Below are positions 30,946 to 39,263 of a stretch of 64,000 bases of DNA, in pieces. The notes below the pieces were generated by a model. It saw only the letters and a program-made list of their open reading frames with translations. It was not told where the DNA came from and searched no databases. The translations under genes were made by a program, and so were the position numbers. The DNA is taken from contig JAGVGT010000021.1 in NCBI GenBank assembly GCA_020056965.1, positions 30,717 through 94,716 on the forward strand, given 5' to 3'. Source of the DNA: Deltaproteobacteria bacterium (GTDB lineage: Bacteria; Desulfobacterota; Desulfobulbia; Desulfobulbales; JAGXFP01). Numbering within the stretch: position 1 is the first letter of the stretch; each line of letters opens with the position of its first letter.

Positions 30946-31955
30946 GCAACACCCTGCCCGATTTTATTACCGCCCTGCTGCGGCCGAAGGCCTATCCCCA
31001 TCCGGCCGGCGAGATCAAACTGGTCCAGACCCATATCTCCTACGTGTTGCTGGCCGGCGACTTCGTCTACAAGATCAAGAAGCCGGTCAACTTCGGCTTT
31101 CTCGATTTCACCAGCCTGGAAAAACGGCGCTTTTTCTGCAACCGTGAGTTGGAGTTGAACCGTCGCCTCTGCCCGGATCTCTATCTGGGGGTGGTGGCAA
31201 TTACCCGGGCGGGCCAGAAATTCTCGCTGGACGGCCCCGGCGAGGTGGTGGAGTACGCTGTCAAGATGGCCCGGATGGACGAGGCGCAGATGATGGGCCG
31301 GACCATCGAGGCCGGGCAGCTCGACGCGGCCACCCTCGATAAGATTGTCGAGATCCTGGTGCCCTTTTACGAAGGGGCCGAGGGCGGGGCAGTGCTGGCC
31401 GGCTTCGGCACCCCGGAGTCGGTAGCGGTCAATGTCCTGGAAAATTTCCAGCAGACCGAGGACTTTATCGGCTGTGCATCCTTGAGTCCCGCGCAGTTCC
31501 AGGCCATCGGCGATTATGCCCGCGCCTTCCTGAAACATGGCGAGCTGTTCGCGGCCCGGATCGACGGGGAGCGGATCCGCGATTGTCACGGCGATCTCTA
31601 TTCGGCCAATATCTGTCTCTCCGAGCCGATCCAGATCTTCGACTGTATCGAGTTCAACGAGCGTTTCCGCTACTGCGACGTGGCCAGCGACGTGGCCTTT
31701 CTGGCCATGGATCTCGATTATCATAACCTGCCGGATTTATCGCGCCATTTCATCAACCGCTTTGTCGAGCGCTCCGGCGACCGGGGGCTGTTGGCGATGC
31801 TCGATTTTTACAAGTGCTACCGGGCCTACGTGCGGGGCAAGATCGGCCTCTTCACCGCCCACGCCCCGGAGGTTGACGCCACCACCAAGGCCGCCTCTCT
31901 GGCCCAGGCCGGCCGTTATTTCCAGCTGGCTGAGCGCTATGCCTCGGCACCCTGA
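30942..31955 (+). CDS. Aminoglycoside-phosphotransferase-fold (protein-kinase-like) protein
   Basis: 337 aa with ATGA overlap to cmk. ETHISYVLL-type N-terminus (VQTHISYVLLAGDFVYKIKKPV) and catalytic region DCHGDLYSANI. This corresponds to the N-terminal half of proteins often annotated as bifunctional APH/ATP-binding. Confidence 0.7.
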   Translation: MSNTLPDFITALLRPKAYPHPAGEIKLVQTHISYVLLAGDFVYKIKKPVNFGFLDFTSLEKRRFFCNRELELNRRLCPDLYLGVVAITRAGQKFSLDGPGEVVEYAVKMARMDEAQMMGRTIEAGQLDAATLDKIVEILVPFYEGAEGGAVLAGFGTPESVAVNVLENFQQTEDFIGCASLSPAQFQAIGDYARAFLKHGELFAARIDGERIRDCHGDLYSANICLSEPIQIFDCIEFNERFRYCDVASDVAFLAMDLDYHNLPDLSRHFINRFVERSGDRGLLAMLDFYKCYRAYVRGKIGLFTAHAPEVDATTKAASLAQAGRYFQLAERYASAP

Positions 31956-32514
31956 GGTCTGGGTCTTCTTCGGCCTGATCGCCAGCGGCAAGAGTTATCT
32001 GGCCGAGGCCTGGGCAAACCGGCACGGCTTTGCCCATCTCAACTCCGACCGGGTCCGCAAGGAACTGGCCGGCGCGGCTTCGGTCAGCGGCCGGGGCGAG
32101 GCCCCCAACCAGGGCATCTACACCCCGGAGTTCTCCCGGCGCACCTACGACGAGTTGCTGCAGCGGGCCGCGGCACCCCTGGCCGCAGGGCAATCGGTGC
32201 TGCTCGACGCCTCCTACCAGAGTCGGGCCGAACGGGACCGGGTCAGAAATTGGGCGGCTGGGCTGAACGTACCGGTGTATTTTGTCCAGTGCATTTGTCC
32301 CGAGGAAGAGGTAAAAAGACGACTGGGACTCCGGGCTGCCGATCCCCATGCCGCCTCCGACGGCCGCTGGGAGATCTTAGAGGTCCAGAAGAGCCGTTTT
32401 GAAACTCCGGCCGAACTGGAGCGGGCGCAATTGCTGACCCTGACCACGAATCGGCCGGTCGAGGTGTTGATGGCCGAACTTGATAAGATTTTTGAGGTAA
32501 CCAACCATGTCTAA
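31939..32514 (+). CDS. P-loop kinase-like ATPase (AAA_33-like)
   Basis: The ATG at 31939 is in the frame of track ORF 31537..32514. Walker A is FFGLIASGKSYLAE. It overlaps the upstream gene by 17 nt in a different frame. Confidence 0.65.
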   Translation: MPRHPEVWVFFGLIASGKSYLAEAWANRHGFAHLNSDRVRKELAGAASVSGRGEAPNQGIYTPEFSRRTYDELLQRAAAPLAAGQSVLLDASYQSRAERDRVRNWAAGLNVPVYFVQCICPEEEVKRRLGLRAADPHAASDGRWEILEVQKSRFETPAELERAQLLTLTTNRPVEVLMAELDKIFEVTNHV

Positions 32515-32932
32515 CCGCATCTATGTCCTGAAGTTCCCCAAAGATACCATCGACCAGCCGATCATCTGCAAGCTGGTCAAGAAGTACGGCGTGGAGTTCA
32601 ACATCCTCAAGGCCGACATCAACCTCCAGCAGGAGGGGGTGATGGTTTTGGAGATGGTCGGTCACAAGACCAAGGTTGACGAGGGCATCAAGTACCTGAA
32701 GGATGTCGGGGTGCTGGTTGAGCGGGTGGCGGCCGGGATCCGCCGCGATGACGAGAAGTGCTTCCAGTGCGGGGCCTGCACCGGCATCTGCCCGACCGGG
32801 GCGCTGCATATCCGGCGCAGCGACATGGCGGTGCTCTTCGATCCCGACAAATGCACCGGCTGCGGCCTCTGCGTCGGGGTTTGCCCGGTCAAGGCCATGG
32901 CCGTTTCCCTGCAAGGCTCGACCGGGCTCTAG
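32507..32932 (+). CDS. NIL domain fused to 2x[4Fe-4S] ferredoxin
   Basis: 141 aa. N-terminal NIL-like segment (VLKFPKDTIDQPIICKLVKKYGVEFNILKADI) and two CxxCxxCxxxCP motifs. Confidence 0.8.
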   Translation: MSNRIYVLKFPKDTIDQPIICKLVKKYGVEFNILKADINLQQEGVMVLEMVGHKTKVDEGIKYLKDVGVLVERVAAGIRRDDEKCFQCGACTGICPTGALHIRRSDMAVLFDPDKCTGCGLCVGVCPVKAMAVSLQGSTGL

Positions 32933-32973
32933 TCCGGACGCCCAAACCATGCCACCCGGCTTCCTCCGGGCCT

Positions 32974-33016
32974 AAAAAAACCCCGATTGCCCAAGGCAAC
33001 CGGGGTTTTGTATTTT
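32974..33016. terminator. Bidirectional intrinsic terminator between convergent genes
   Basis: 11-bp stem (ccccgattgcc/ggcaaccgggg, one mismatch) with a 3-nt loop, flanked by A7 upstream and TTTTGTATTTT downstream. Confidence 0.7.
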
Positions 33017-33030
33017 GGGGCAGGCGGGGA

Positions 33031-33180
33031 TTATTTACAGCTGCAGCGGCAACCGCAACCGGACGCCTTCTTCTCCTCCTGCTTGACCATCACCTCGGCC
33101 TCGCCGCAGGCCGTGCATTTCTTGGGTTTGCAGCGCATCTCCACCTTGGCCCCACACTTCGAACACTTGAACTCAGCCAT
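33031..33180 (-). CDS. Small Cys-rich protein (49 aa, 9 Cys), absent from the ORF track
   Basis: Hand translation gives MAEFKCSKCGAKVEMRCKPKKCTACGEAEVMVKQEEKKASGCGCRCSCK-stop. It is below the shortest ORF listed in the supplied track (60 aa). AAGGAG lies 6 nt upstream of the ATG. Codons are GC3-rich like the neighbouring genes. The gene sits between a promoter and a terminator. Confidence 0.65.
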   Translation of the reverse strand: MAEFKCSKCGAKVEMRCKPKKCTACGEAEVMVKQEEKKASGCGCRCSCK

Positions 33181-33254
33181 CTTGATCTCCTTTTTTGAAA
33201 TTTGTTATGGGTAATCAGGGTAATTGCTTCCAACAGGAATGCTTACTGACAGTG

Positions 33255-33284
33255 ATTGTAATTACGCAGACCCACACTTGTCAA
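33255..33284 (-). promoter_or_regulatory. Sigma-70-type promoter for the small Cys-rich ORF
   Basis: The minus strand reads TTGACA-N18-TACAAT (-35 at 33284-33279, -10 at 33260-33255), about 70 nt upstream of the ATG at 33180. Confidence 0.5.
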
Positions 33285-33474
33285 GTTATCGCTCGGCCAG
33301 CCGGCGGCGCTGGCCCTCGCCGCCGGCCGGAGAACGCTCCGGCTAACAGTAAGCACGTTTGCGGCCTGGATGCCCACCGAGGCGCACAAGCTTTAGCTGT
33401 TAACTGAAGCCAGCGGCTTTAACCGGTGGAGTATTCACTGAAATGGGAGTCGATATGCATAGATGGAAAATTTT

Positions 33475-33511
33475 GGAAACAAAAAACCCGCAAACCATTT
33501 CTGGTTGCGGG
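33475..33511 (-). terminator. Intrinsic terminator downstream of tRNA-Leu
   Basis: Stem cccgcaaacca/tggttgcggg with one bulge, followed on the minus strand by TTTTTTGTTT. Confidence 0.7.
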
Positions 33512-33548
33512 CTTAATGTCCATCAGAGGAGGGTGATGGATGTGTTTC

Positions 33549-33633
33549 TGGTGCCGAAGGCCGGACTCGAACCGGCACGGGTCGCCCCGCTGCCCCCTCA
33601 AGACAGTGTGTCTACCAATTCCACCACTTCGGC
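33549..33633 (-). tRNA. tRNA-Leu (anticodon GAG)
   Basis: The reverse complement GCCGAAGTGGTGGAATTGGTAGACACACTGTCTTGAGGGGGCAG…GGTTCGAGTCCGGCCTTCGGCACCA folds as a class II tRNA with a long variable arm. The anticodon loop is TTGAGGG and CCA is encoded. Confidence 0.9.
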
Positions 33634-33651
33634 TACCTTTGTAATCTTGCG

Positions 33652-34041
33652 TTAACGTGCGACATTATTTTGCCCGGGGAACTGTGCTGGAACCGGGCTG
33701 GAGTTATCGGTCGAGTTGCTGGAAGGCATTGGTACCTTAACGGGTCCTGTTTCCAGCGGTTGTTCCGTTGGAAGGGCTGTGGACAAGGGCGCATTCTGCA
33801 TAACCGAACGAGTACCGGATTTTGCTGAAATATAGGCTAAGGTTATAGAGGTTACCATGAATATGATGGCGGCGGCAGTGGTAACTTTATTAAGCAACGG
33901 TACAGGGCCTTCCGAGCCGAAAACTGTATTGCCGCCCCCGAAGGTTGCCCCGATGTCTGCTCCCTTGCCGTGTTGCAAGAGGACAATGACGACCAGGAAA
34001 AAGCAGACAACAACATGGATTATGGTGATAATTGCAGGCAT
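33652..34041 (-). CDS. secG: Preprotein translocase subunit SecG
   Basis: 129 aa with the SecG N-terminus (VVIVLLQHGKGADIGATFGGG) and a second TM helix. Confidence 0.85.
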   Translation of the reverse strand: MPAIITIIHVVVCFFLVVIVLLQHGKGADIGATFGGGNTVFGSEGPVPLLNKVTTAAAIIFMVTSITLAYISAKSGTRSVMQNAPLSTALPTEQPLETGPVKVPMPSSNSTDNSSPVPAQFPGQNNVAR

Positions 34042-34083
34042 GATTGGTTTCCACCAAAAAACAATACCTTCCTGCAGGGAAGG

Positions 34084-34836
34084 CTAAAAGTGCATGATGC
34101 GGGAAAATGAGCCGGGTTGCAAGGCCGCTCCGCCAACTAAGGCGCCATCAATATCATCCTGATCCATAAGAATCCCGATGGTGTCAGGAATAACCGAGCC
34201 ACCATACAGTATTCTGATTTGACTGGCAACGCTTTTCTCGAACAGGTTGACAAGTACGTGGCGAATGAATTTGTGCGCCTCCTGCGCTTGAATCGGCGAG
34301 GCGGTTTTGCCGGTACCTATTGCCCACACTGGCTCGTAGGCGATCACCAACTGATTGGGATCGGCAATAGATATTTCTTGGAGGCCACCTTTGAGCTGAC
34401 CCTCCAGAACGCTCATGGTCCTGTCTGCTTCTCGTTCCTCTAATTGTTCGCCGATGCATAGAATCGGAATAACACCTTGCGAGACAGCGCCTTTGACCCG
34501 CCGGTTGATTAACTCGTCTGTTTCACCGAATATATGTCGGCGCTCCGAATGACCGATAATTGCCATTGTGCAGCCGAGGTCTTTGAGCATGGGTGGAGAA
34601 ATTTCACCGGTAAAGGCACCTTGGGAAGCCCAGCCAATATTCTGGGCTCCCAGTATAATGTTGGATCCACGGATGGTGTCAGCGACAGCCGCCAGGGCGG
34701 TAAAGGGTGGGGCTAGCATCACTTGCCGATCAACAAGGTCGGTGGAGGCCGCGACGATGGCCTTCGCCAGGGCGGTCGCTTCACCAATAGTGGTGTGCAT
34801 CTTCCAGTTGCCGGCGATCAGGGGAATCCTGGGCAT
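34084..34836 (-). CDS. tpiA: Triosephosphate isomerase
   Basis: 250 aa with IAGNWKMH, IIGHSERR, AYEPVWAIGTG and YGGSV. Confidence 0.95.
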   Translation of the reverse strand: MPRIPLIAGNWKMHTTIGEATALAKAIVAASTDLVDRQVMLAPPFTALAAVADTIRGSNIILGAQNIGWASQGAFTGEISPPMLKDLGCTMAIIGHSERRHIFGETDELINRRVKGAVSQGVIPILCIGEQLEEREADRTMSVLEGQLKGGLQEISIADPNQLVIAYEPVWAIGTGKTASPIQAQEAHKFIRHVLVNLFEKSVASQIRILYGGSVIPDTIGILMDQDDIDGALVGGAALQPGSFSRIMHF

Positions 34837-34846
34837 TGCTCGTCTC

Positions 34847-36058
34847 CTACTTCCGGTTATGCTCTTGCAAAGCTGTGACGCCGGGCAGTTCTTTGCCCTC
34901 CATCAGCATCAGGAAGGCACCGCCACCGGTGGAGATGTAAGATATATTGTTGGATTCGCCGGCCCGATGGATGGCAACATCGGTGTCGCCCCCGCCGACG
35001 ATGGTCAGAGCATGTGATGATGCCAGCCGCTGGACCATGGCCAGGGTTCCCCGTGAAAAGGCATCCATCTCAAAGGCGCCCATGGGGCCGTTCCAGATTA
35101 TAGTCTTGGCATCGTCCAGCGCCTCGGAGAAAAGCAGGGTCGTGGCTGGGCCGATGTCTAGGATCATCCACTCCTCCGGAACTTCTTGGGATGTGACCCG
35201 TTTAGTTTCGGCGCGGGCATCGAACTTGTCGGCCACGATGCAGTCTACCGGCAGGTATAGTTTGACACCTTGCTTGCCAGCTTGCGCCACCAGTTCTCGG
35301 GCAGTAGCGAGAAGCTCGTCCTCGATCTTGGATTGTCCTACCCCGTATCCCAAGCTTTTTAGAAAGGTGTTGGCCATGGCCCCGCCGATAATCATCTTGT
35401 CAACCCGTTCCATGAGGTTGCGCAAGGCGCCGAGTTTGCTGGAAACCTTGGCGCCGCCGACAATGGCCACCAGTGGGCGCATGGGGTTGCCAACCGAACG
35501 GTGGAAATAGTCCATCTCCTTCTGGAGCAGAAATCCCGCGGCCGCTTCCTTCATGAAAGGCGGGATCCCGACCACCGAGGCATGGGCCCGGTGGGCAACG
35601 GCAAAGGCGTCGTTAATGTAGACGTCGGCCAGGGCGGCCAACTCTCTGGAAAAATTTTCGTCATTGGCCTGTTCTTCCGGATGAAAGCGCAGGTTCTCCA
35701 GCATGATCACTTCGCCCGGTTGCATGGCCGCGACCATGGCCTGCACTTCGGGGCCGATGCAATCATCTGCCAGTTTGACATCTTTGCCGATCAGTCTGGA
35801 CAGCCGTTTGGCCGCCGGGGCCATGCTGAATTCTTCCACCCGCCGGCCCTTGGGGCGGCCCATGTGGGAAATGATGATCACCCTGGCGTTTTCGTCCAAG
35901 GCATAATTGATGGTAGGCAGCACCCCTCTGATCCTGATGTCGTCGGTGATATTCCCATGCTCATCAAGAGGGACGTTGAAATCCACCCGGATCAGTAGCT
36001 TTTTCCCTTTTATATCGAGATCCCTGATGTTCTTCACAAGAAAGTCTCCATGGTGCAA
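34847..36058 (-). CDS. pgk: Phosphoglycerate kinase
   Basis: 403 aa with RVDFNVP, HMGRPKG and STGGGAFL. Confidence 0.95.
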   Translation of the reverse strand: MHHGDFLVKNIRDLDIKGKKLLIRVDFNVPLDEHGNITDDIRIRGVLPTINYALDENARVIIISHMGRPKGRRVEEFSMAPAAKRLSRLIGKDVKLADDCIGPEVQAMVAAMQPGEVIMLENLRFHPEEQANDENFSRELAALADVYINDAFAVAHRAHASVVGIPPFMKEAAAGFLLQKEMDYFHRSVGNPMRPLVAIVGGAKVSSKLGALRNLMERVDKMIIGGAMANTFLKSLGYGVGQSKIEDELLATARELVAQAGKQGVKLYLPVDCIVADKFDARAETKRVTSQEVPEEWMILDIGPATTLLFSEALDDAKTIIWNGPMGAFEMDAFSRGTLAMVQRLASSHALTIVGGGDTDVAIHRAGESNNISYISTGGGAFLMLMEGKELPGVTALQEHNRK

Positions 36059-36113
36059 GTTGTTGTTTGGGGCTGGGACGGGTCGCTAATAGTCGGCTCG
36101 GGCTGAGCGTACA

Positions 36114-36569
36114 CTAAGGGGCTGACAATGCCATGCACAGGGCGTCATCCTTAGGGTCAGTATAATAATTGGGCCGTCGGCCTGTCATCTCAAAAGCATG
36201 TTTTTCGTAAAGCGCCAGGGCGGCGGTGTTTTGGGCTCGCAACTCCAGGTAAAAGCGGCAGACTCCTTGTCGTTTAGCCAAGGCAATGAATGATTGCAAC
36301 AGAAGGCACGCTACTCCTTGGCGGTGGTTCTTCCTGGTGGTGGCAATTTTCAGGATTTCCGCCTCGCCAAGCATCAGGCGCGCCATGAGAAAGCCGACCA
36401 AGAAGCCATCGGCCGCAGGGCGGCAAATCAATTGCAGTGCCCCCGGATAAGCGAGTTCCTCGGCCAGTTGCTTGGGGCTCCAAGGTGAAGGCGATTGGTT
36501 CTCGATAAGATAAACGGCCGGCAGATCGGCGGTGGTCATCGCCGCGACCTGCCAGTGAGTTTCGCTCAT
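36114..36569 (-). CDS. rimI: Ribosomal-protein-alanine N-acetyltransferase-like GNAT
   Basis: 151 aa with a RimI-like layout (ILKIATTRKNHRQGVACLLL…LELRAQNTAALALYEKHAF). ATGA overlap with gap. Confidence 0.7.
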   Translation of the reverse strand: MSETHWQVAAMTTADLPAVYLIENQSPSPWSPKQLAEELAYPGALQLICRPAADGFLVGFLMARLMLGEAEILKIATTRKNHRQGVACLLLQSFIALAKRQGVCRFYLELRAQNTAALALYEKHAFEMTGRRPNYYTDPKDDALCMALSAP

Positions 36570-37774
36570 ACCATCTGTTCGGCTATGGAAACCGTGCGAT
36601 CGCCGAGCATGTTGGTGTAGCTGCCCAGTTCGTTGTCGTACCAGCCGTAAATAACCGCCTGAGTAACCGGAATCTCCAGCTTGTTCTGGCCGGTGCAGCT
36701 GAGTCCGGCCTTCTCTAGGTTTACCCGGATATTGGCGGTTCTGGTATGGGTCTCCGTTCCTTCAATCACGGTGGCGGCAAAGGGCATGCCGATAATGTCG
36801 GAAGAGACGTTCTGCTCCTCGGTGTAAACCAGGTAAGGTGAACTGGCGGAAAACTCCCGGTAAATGGTGTTGATCCGATCACGCTTCAAGGGCTGCCGGG
36901 GGTCGTCCTGGATATTAAGGACCAAGACGATCAAAGAGCCGGTCGAGGTGGGGATGCGGACTGATTCGGCGATGAAACCGATGCTCTTCATCTCCGGAAT
37001 GACCAAGACCAGGGCCTTGGCCGCGCCGGTGGTGGTCAGGATGATGTTGTTCAGAATTGACCGGTTCTTGCGCAAGTCCGTGGCGCCGGCATTGGGCAAC
37101 CGGTCCAGAACCTGCTGGCTGCCGGTGGCGGCATGGACGGTGACCATTGAGGCGCTGAGGAAGTTTTCGGCGCCAAGTTGATCCAGCAGAGGCTTGATCA
37201 TGAAGGAGAGGCAGGTGGTGGTGCAGGAGGCTGCCGAGATCAGACAGTGCCTGGAGGGAATATAATCCTCACCGTTAATGCCCATTACCGTGGTGACGGC
37301 GTCTTCGGGCATTTCCAGCCCCTTGCTCTTGATTTTGAAGGGGGCCGACAAGATGGCCTTTTCGGCCCCGGCCTGCAAGTGCCCCCGCAAGGCGCCCTTG
37401 GGGCTGTCGGGTGGGGCGGTCGGGTCGTTGAAGACCCCGGTCGTGTCAACCACCAGGCGGACGCCGTTTTCCTTCCATTTAATATCCTTGGGATTGCGGG
37501 CTTCGCGGAGAATAGTGACCGGGACGCCGTTGACGACCATGGTGCCGGTGGTTTCATTCAGTTCTTCGATGACTCGCGAGGCCTTGAAGCCATGAAGGTA
37601 GTTTTCCAGGCGGCCGTATGAACTGTCGCGCTCGATGGTTGCGGCGATGTCCTGAATCCCCTGTCCGACTTCCCGCCCCAAGTTGACGACGACCGAGGAA
37701 AAGTGTTTTCGGCCGACATGATGCCAGAGGGACAGCTTGCCGATCCTGCCTAATCCGTTGATGCCCAGTTTCAT
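36566..37774 (-). CDS. gap: Glyceraldehyde-3-phosphate dehydrogenase, long (about 400 aa) form
   Basis: 402 aa with an NAD-binding N-terminus (GINGLGRIGK) and the catalytic SAASCTTTC. It is about 65 aa longer than canonical GapA. Confidence 0.8.
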   Translation of the reverse strand: MKLGINGLGRIGKLSLWHHVGRKHFSSVVVNLGREVGQGIQDIAATIERDSSYGRLENYLHGFKASRVIEELNETTGTMVVNGVPVTILREARNPKDIKWKENGVRLVVDTTGVFNDPTAPPDSPKGALRGHLQAGAEKAILSAPFKIKSKGLEMPEDAVTTVMGINGEDYIPSRHCLISAASCTTTCLSFMIKPLLDQLGAENFLSASMVTVHAATGSQQVLDRLPNAGATDLRKNRSILNNIILTTTGAAKALVLVIPEMKSIGFIAESVRIPTSTGSLIVLVLNIQDDPRQPLKRDRINTIYREFSASSPYLVYTEEQNVSSDIIGMPFAATVIEGTETHTRTANIRVNLEKAGLSCTGQNKLEIPVTQAVIYGWYDNELGSYTNMLGDRTVSIAEQMV

Positions 37775-37986
37775 TGGTGACTAGCTCCTCGCGGAAATTC
37801 TTGTTCAGGGTTGCTCAGGTCGGACCTGAAAGAAGAGTTGTTGAACCGCGAATATAAGTAGAGGGTCGCCTTCAGGCAAGAAAAAGTTCCAAATCTTTGC
37901 TGAAGGTCAGCTTGTCACGATTGCTTGTTTCCAATGATGACTATCGGTCACTCTATTTTAGAGTTGCCTGTGAAGATAGATTTGAG

Positions 37987-38014
37987 TTGACAATATCCGG
38001 CCGCAAGATATATT
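37987..38014 (+). promoter_or_regulatory. Sigma-70-type promoter upstream of tRNA-Met
   Basis: TTGACA-N16-TATATT. The -10 element ends 23 nt before the tRNA 5-prime end. Confidence 0.55.
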
Positions 38015-38037
38015 CACGCGATTGACTTGTGATGTGC

Positions 38038-38114
38038 GGGCCTATAGCTCAGTTGGCTAGAGCCGCCGGCTCATAACCGGTCGGTCCCTGGTTCGAGTCC
38101 AGGTAGGCCCACCA
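38038..38114 (+). tRNA. tRNA with CAT anticodon (Met; lysidine-modified Ile2 cannot be excluded)
   Basis: GGGCCTATAGCTCAGTTGGCTAGAGCCGCCGGCTCATAACCGGTCGGTCCCTGGTTCGAGTCCAGGTAGGCCCACCA folds as a cloverleaf. The anticodon loop is CTCATAA. Confidence 0.9.
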
Positions 38115-38311
38115 GTTTGGGCTTTGGCAACAATAACTTGGTAATTGGCTGTTGATAATGGTCTTGATGAGTTCTTCTTGGGGAATAAGCAGTAAACCTC
38201 ATAAATTTCTGAGAGCCGGGGTAGCTTGAAAGCCATCCCTCTCTCCATAAAGTTCGGATCAAGGATCCGAACTCCGCGGTCCAAGGGTGAAGACCCTGCC
38301 GGACCAGGAAA

Positions 38312-38350
38312 AGGTGCAAACGCCCAAGCGTTGCGCCTTTTTTCTTTTAT
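38312..38350 (+). terminator. Strong intrinsic terminator about 200 nt downstream of tRNA-Met
   Basis: 10-bp GC-rich stem (ggtgc[a]aacgc / gcgttgcgcc, one bulge, one G-U pair), loop CCAA, then TTTTTTCTTTT. Confidence 0.7.
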
Positions 38351-38371
38351 CAGGGCGAAAATTACAGGGTA

Positions 38372-39190
38372 ATGGCTGCGGTGGTTTGTGTCCGTGATCT
38401 CATAACCGTTCTTGACAAGTTTGCCGCGCCTGCCTTAGCCGAGGGCTGGGATAATATCGGTCTGATGGTCGGCGAGCCTGATTTGGAAATTAGTGCGATC
38501 CTGATTGCCTTGGATCCGACCTTGGAAGTTCTGAATGAGGCCAAGGAAAAGGGGTGCAATACTATTGTTACCCATCACCCCCTGATTTTCAAGGGGCTGA
38601 AGTCCTTACGCACCGACCAGCCGGAAGGGCGAGTCCTGACCAGGGCTTTGACCGACCGGCTGGCCATTATCGCTTGTCATACCAACCTCGATAAGGTGCC
38701 GGGGGGAGTCAACGAGATGTTGGCGGCGCATCTGGGATTGGTCAATTGCCGGGTTCTGGTTCCAGATTCTGCGGCATCTGAGTTGAGCAAGGTTGGATTT
38801 GGCCGCATCGGCGACCTGCCGGTTCCCCTGAATTTTGAAGATTTCAAGGGATTAATCCGGGAAAGGCTGGATCTGCAGGTTGTGAAAGTCGCAGGTCCTC
38901 CCCCGGCTGAAATTACCACGGTGGCGGTGTGCGGCGGCAGTGGCTCCGAATTGGCTCCGGCGGCCAGGGTAGGCGGAGCCCAGATCTACCTGTCGGGCGA
39001 GATTAAGCATAGCATGGCCCGATGGGCCGAGAGCGTGGAGTTCTGCATCGTCGATGGCGGCCATTTTGCCACCGAAAATGTCATGGTGTCTGGTCTGGCC
39101 AAGCTGATCCAGAGTGGCTTTGCCGAATTGGATTTGGCGGTGGCTGTGTTGACCACGGAAAGCCAGACCTGCCCGTTTAGGTATTATTGA
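38372..39190 (+). CDS. Nif3-like dinuclear metal-centre protein (YbgI/GTP cyclohydrolase 1 type 2 homolog)
   Basis: 272 aa with WDNIGLMVG, TIVTHHPLIF, CHTNLD and GGHFATE. Confidence 0.85.
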   Translation: MAAVVCVRDLITVLDKFAAPALAEGWDNIGLMVGEPDLEISAILIALDPTLEVLNEAKEKGCNTIVTHHPLIFKGLKSLRTDQPEGRVLTRALTDRLAIIACHTNLDKVPGGVNEMLAAHLGLVNCRVLVPDSAASELSKVGFGRIGDLPVPLNFEDFKGLIRERLDLQVVKVAGPPPAEITTVAVCGGSGSELAPAARVGGAQIYLSGEIKHSMARWAESVEFCIVDGGHFATENVMVSGLAKLIQSGFAELDLAVAVLTTESQTCPFRYY

Positions 39191-39263
39191 AGGAAATTGG
39201 ATAAGTTCTTATTTGTCGATTGGCCAGGCCAGCGGTTGGTATGGATAATTTCAGTAAAGGGAG

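Noticed and set aside
13700-33000. An apparent compositional block: genes from about 14 to 33 kb look more GC-rich than rpsA, guaAB and the 1-4 kb region. Hand counts were about 72% on a gatA line versus about 45% on an rpsA line.
   Set aside because: These are single-line hand counts only. Other lines (pgk, feoB) are also above 60%, and highly expressed genes such as rpsA often deviate. A proper sliding-window GC and codon analysis is needed before calling a domain.
38290-38320. CCGGACCAGGAAAAGG resembling the SRP (4.5S) RNA domain IV motif.
   Set aside because: The conserved GUCAGGUCCGGAAGGAAGCAGC core and the symmetric loop partner strand are absent.
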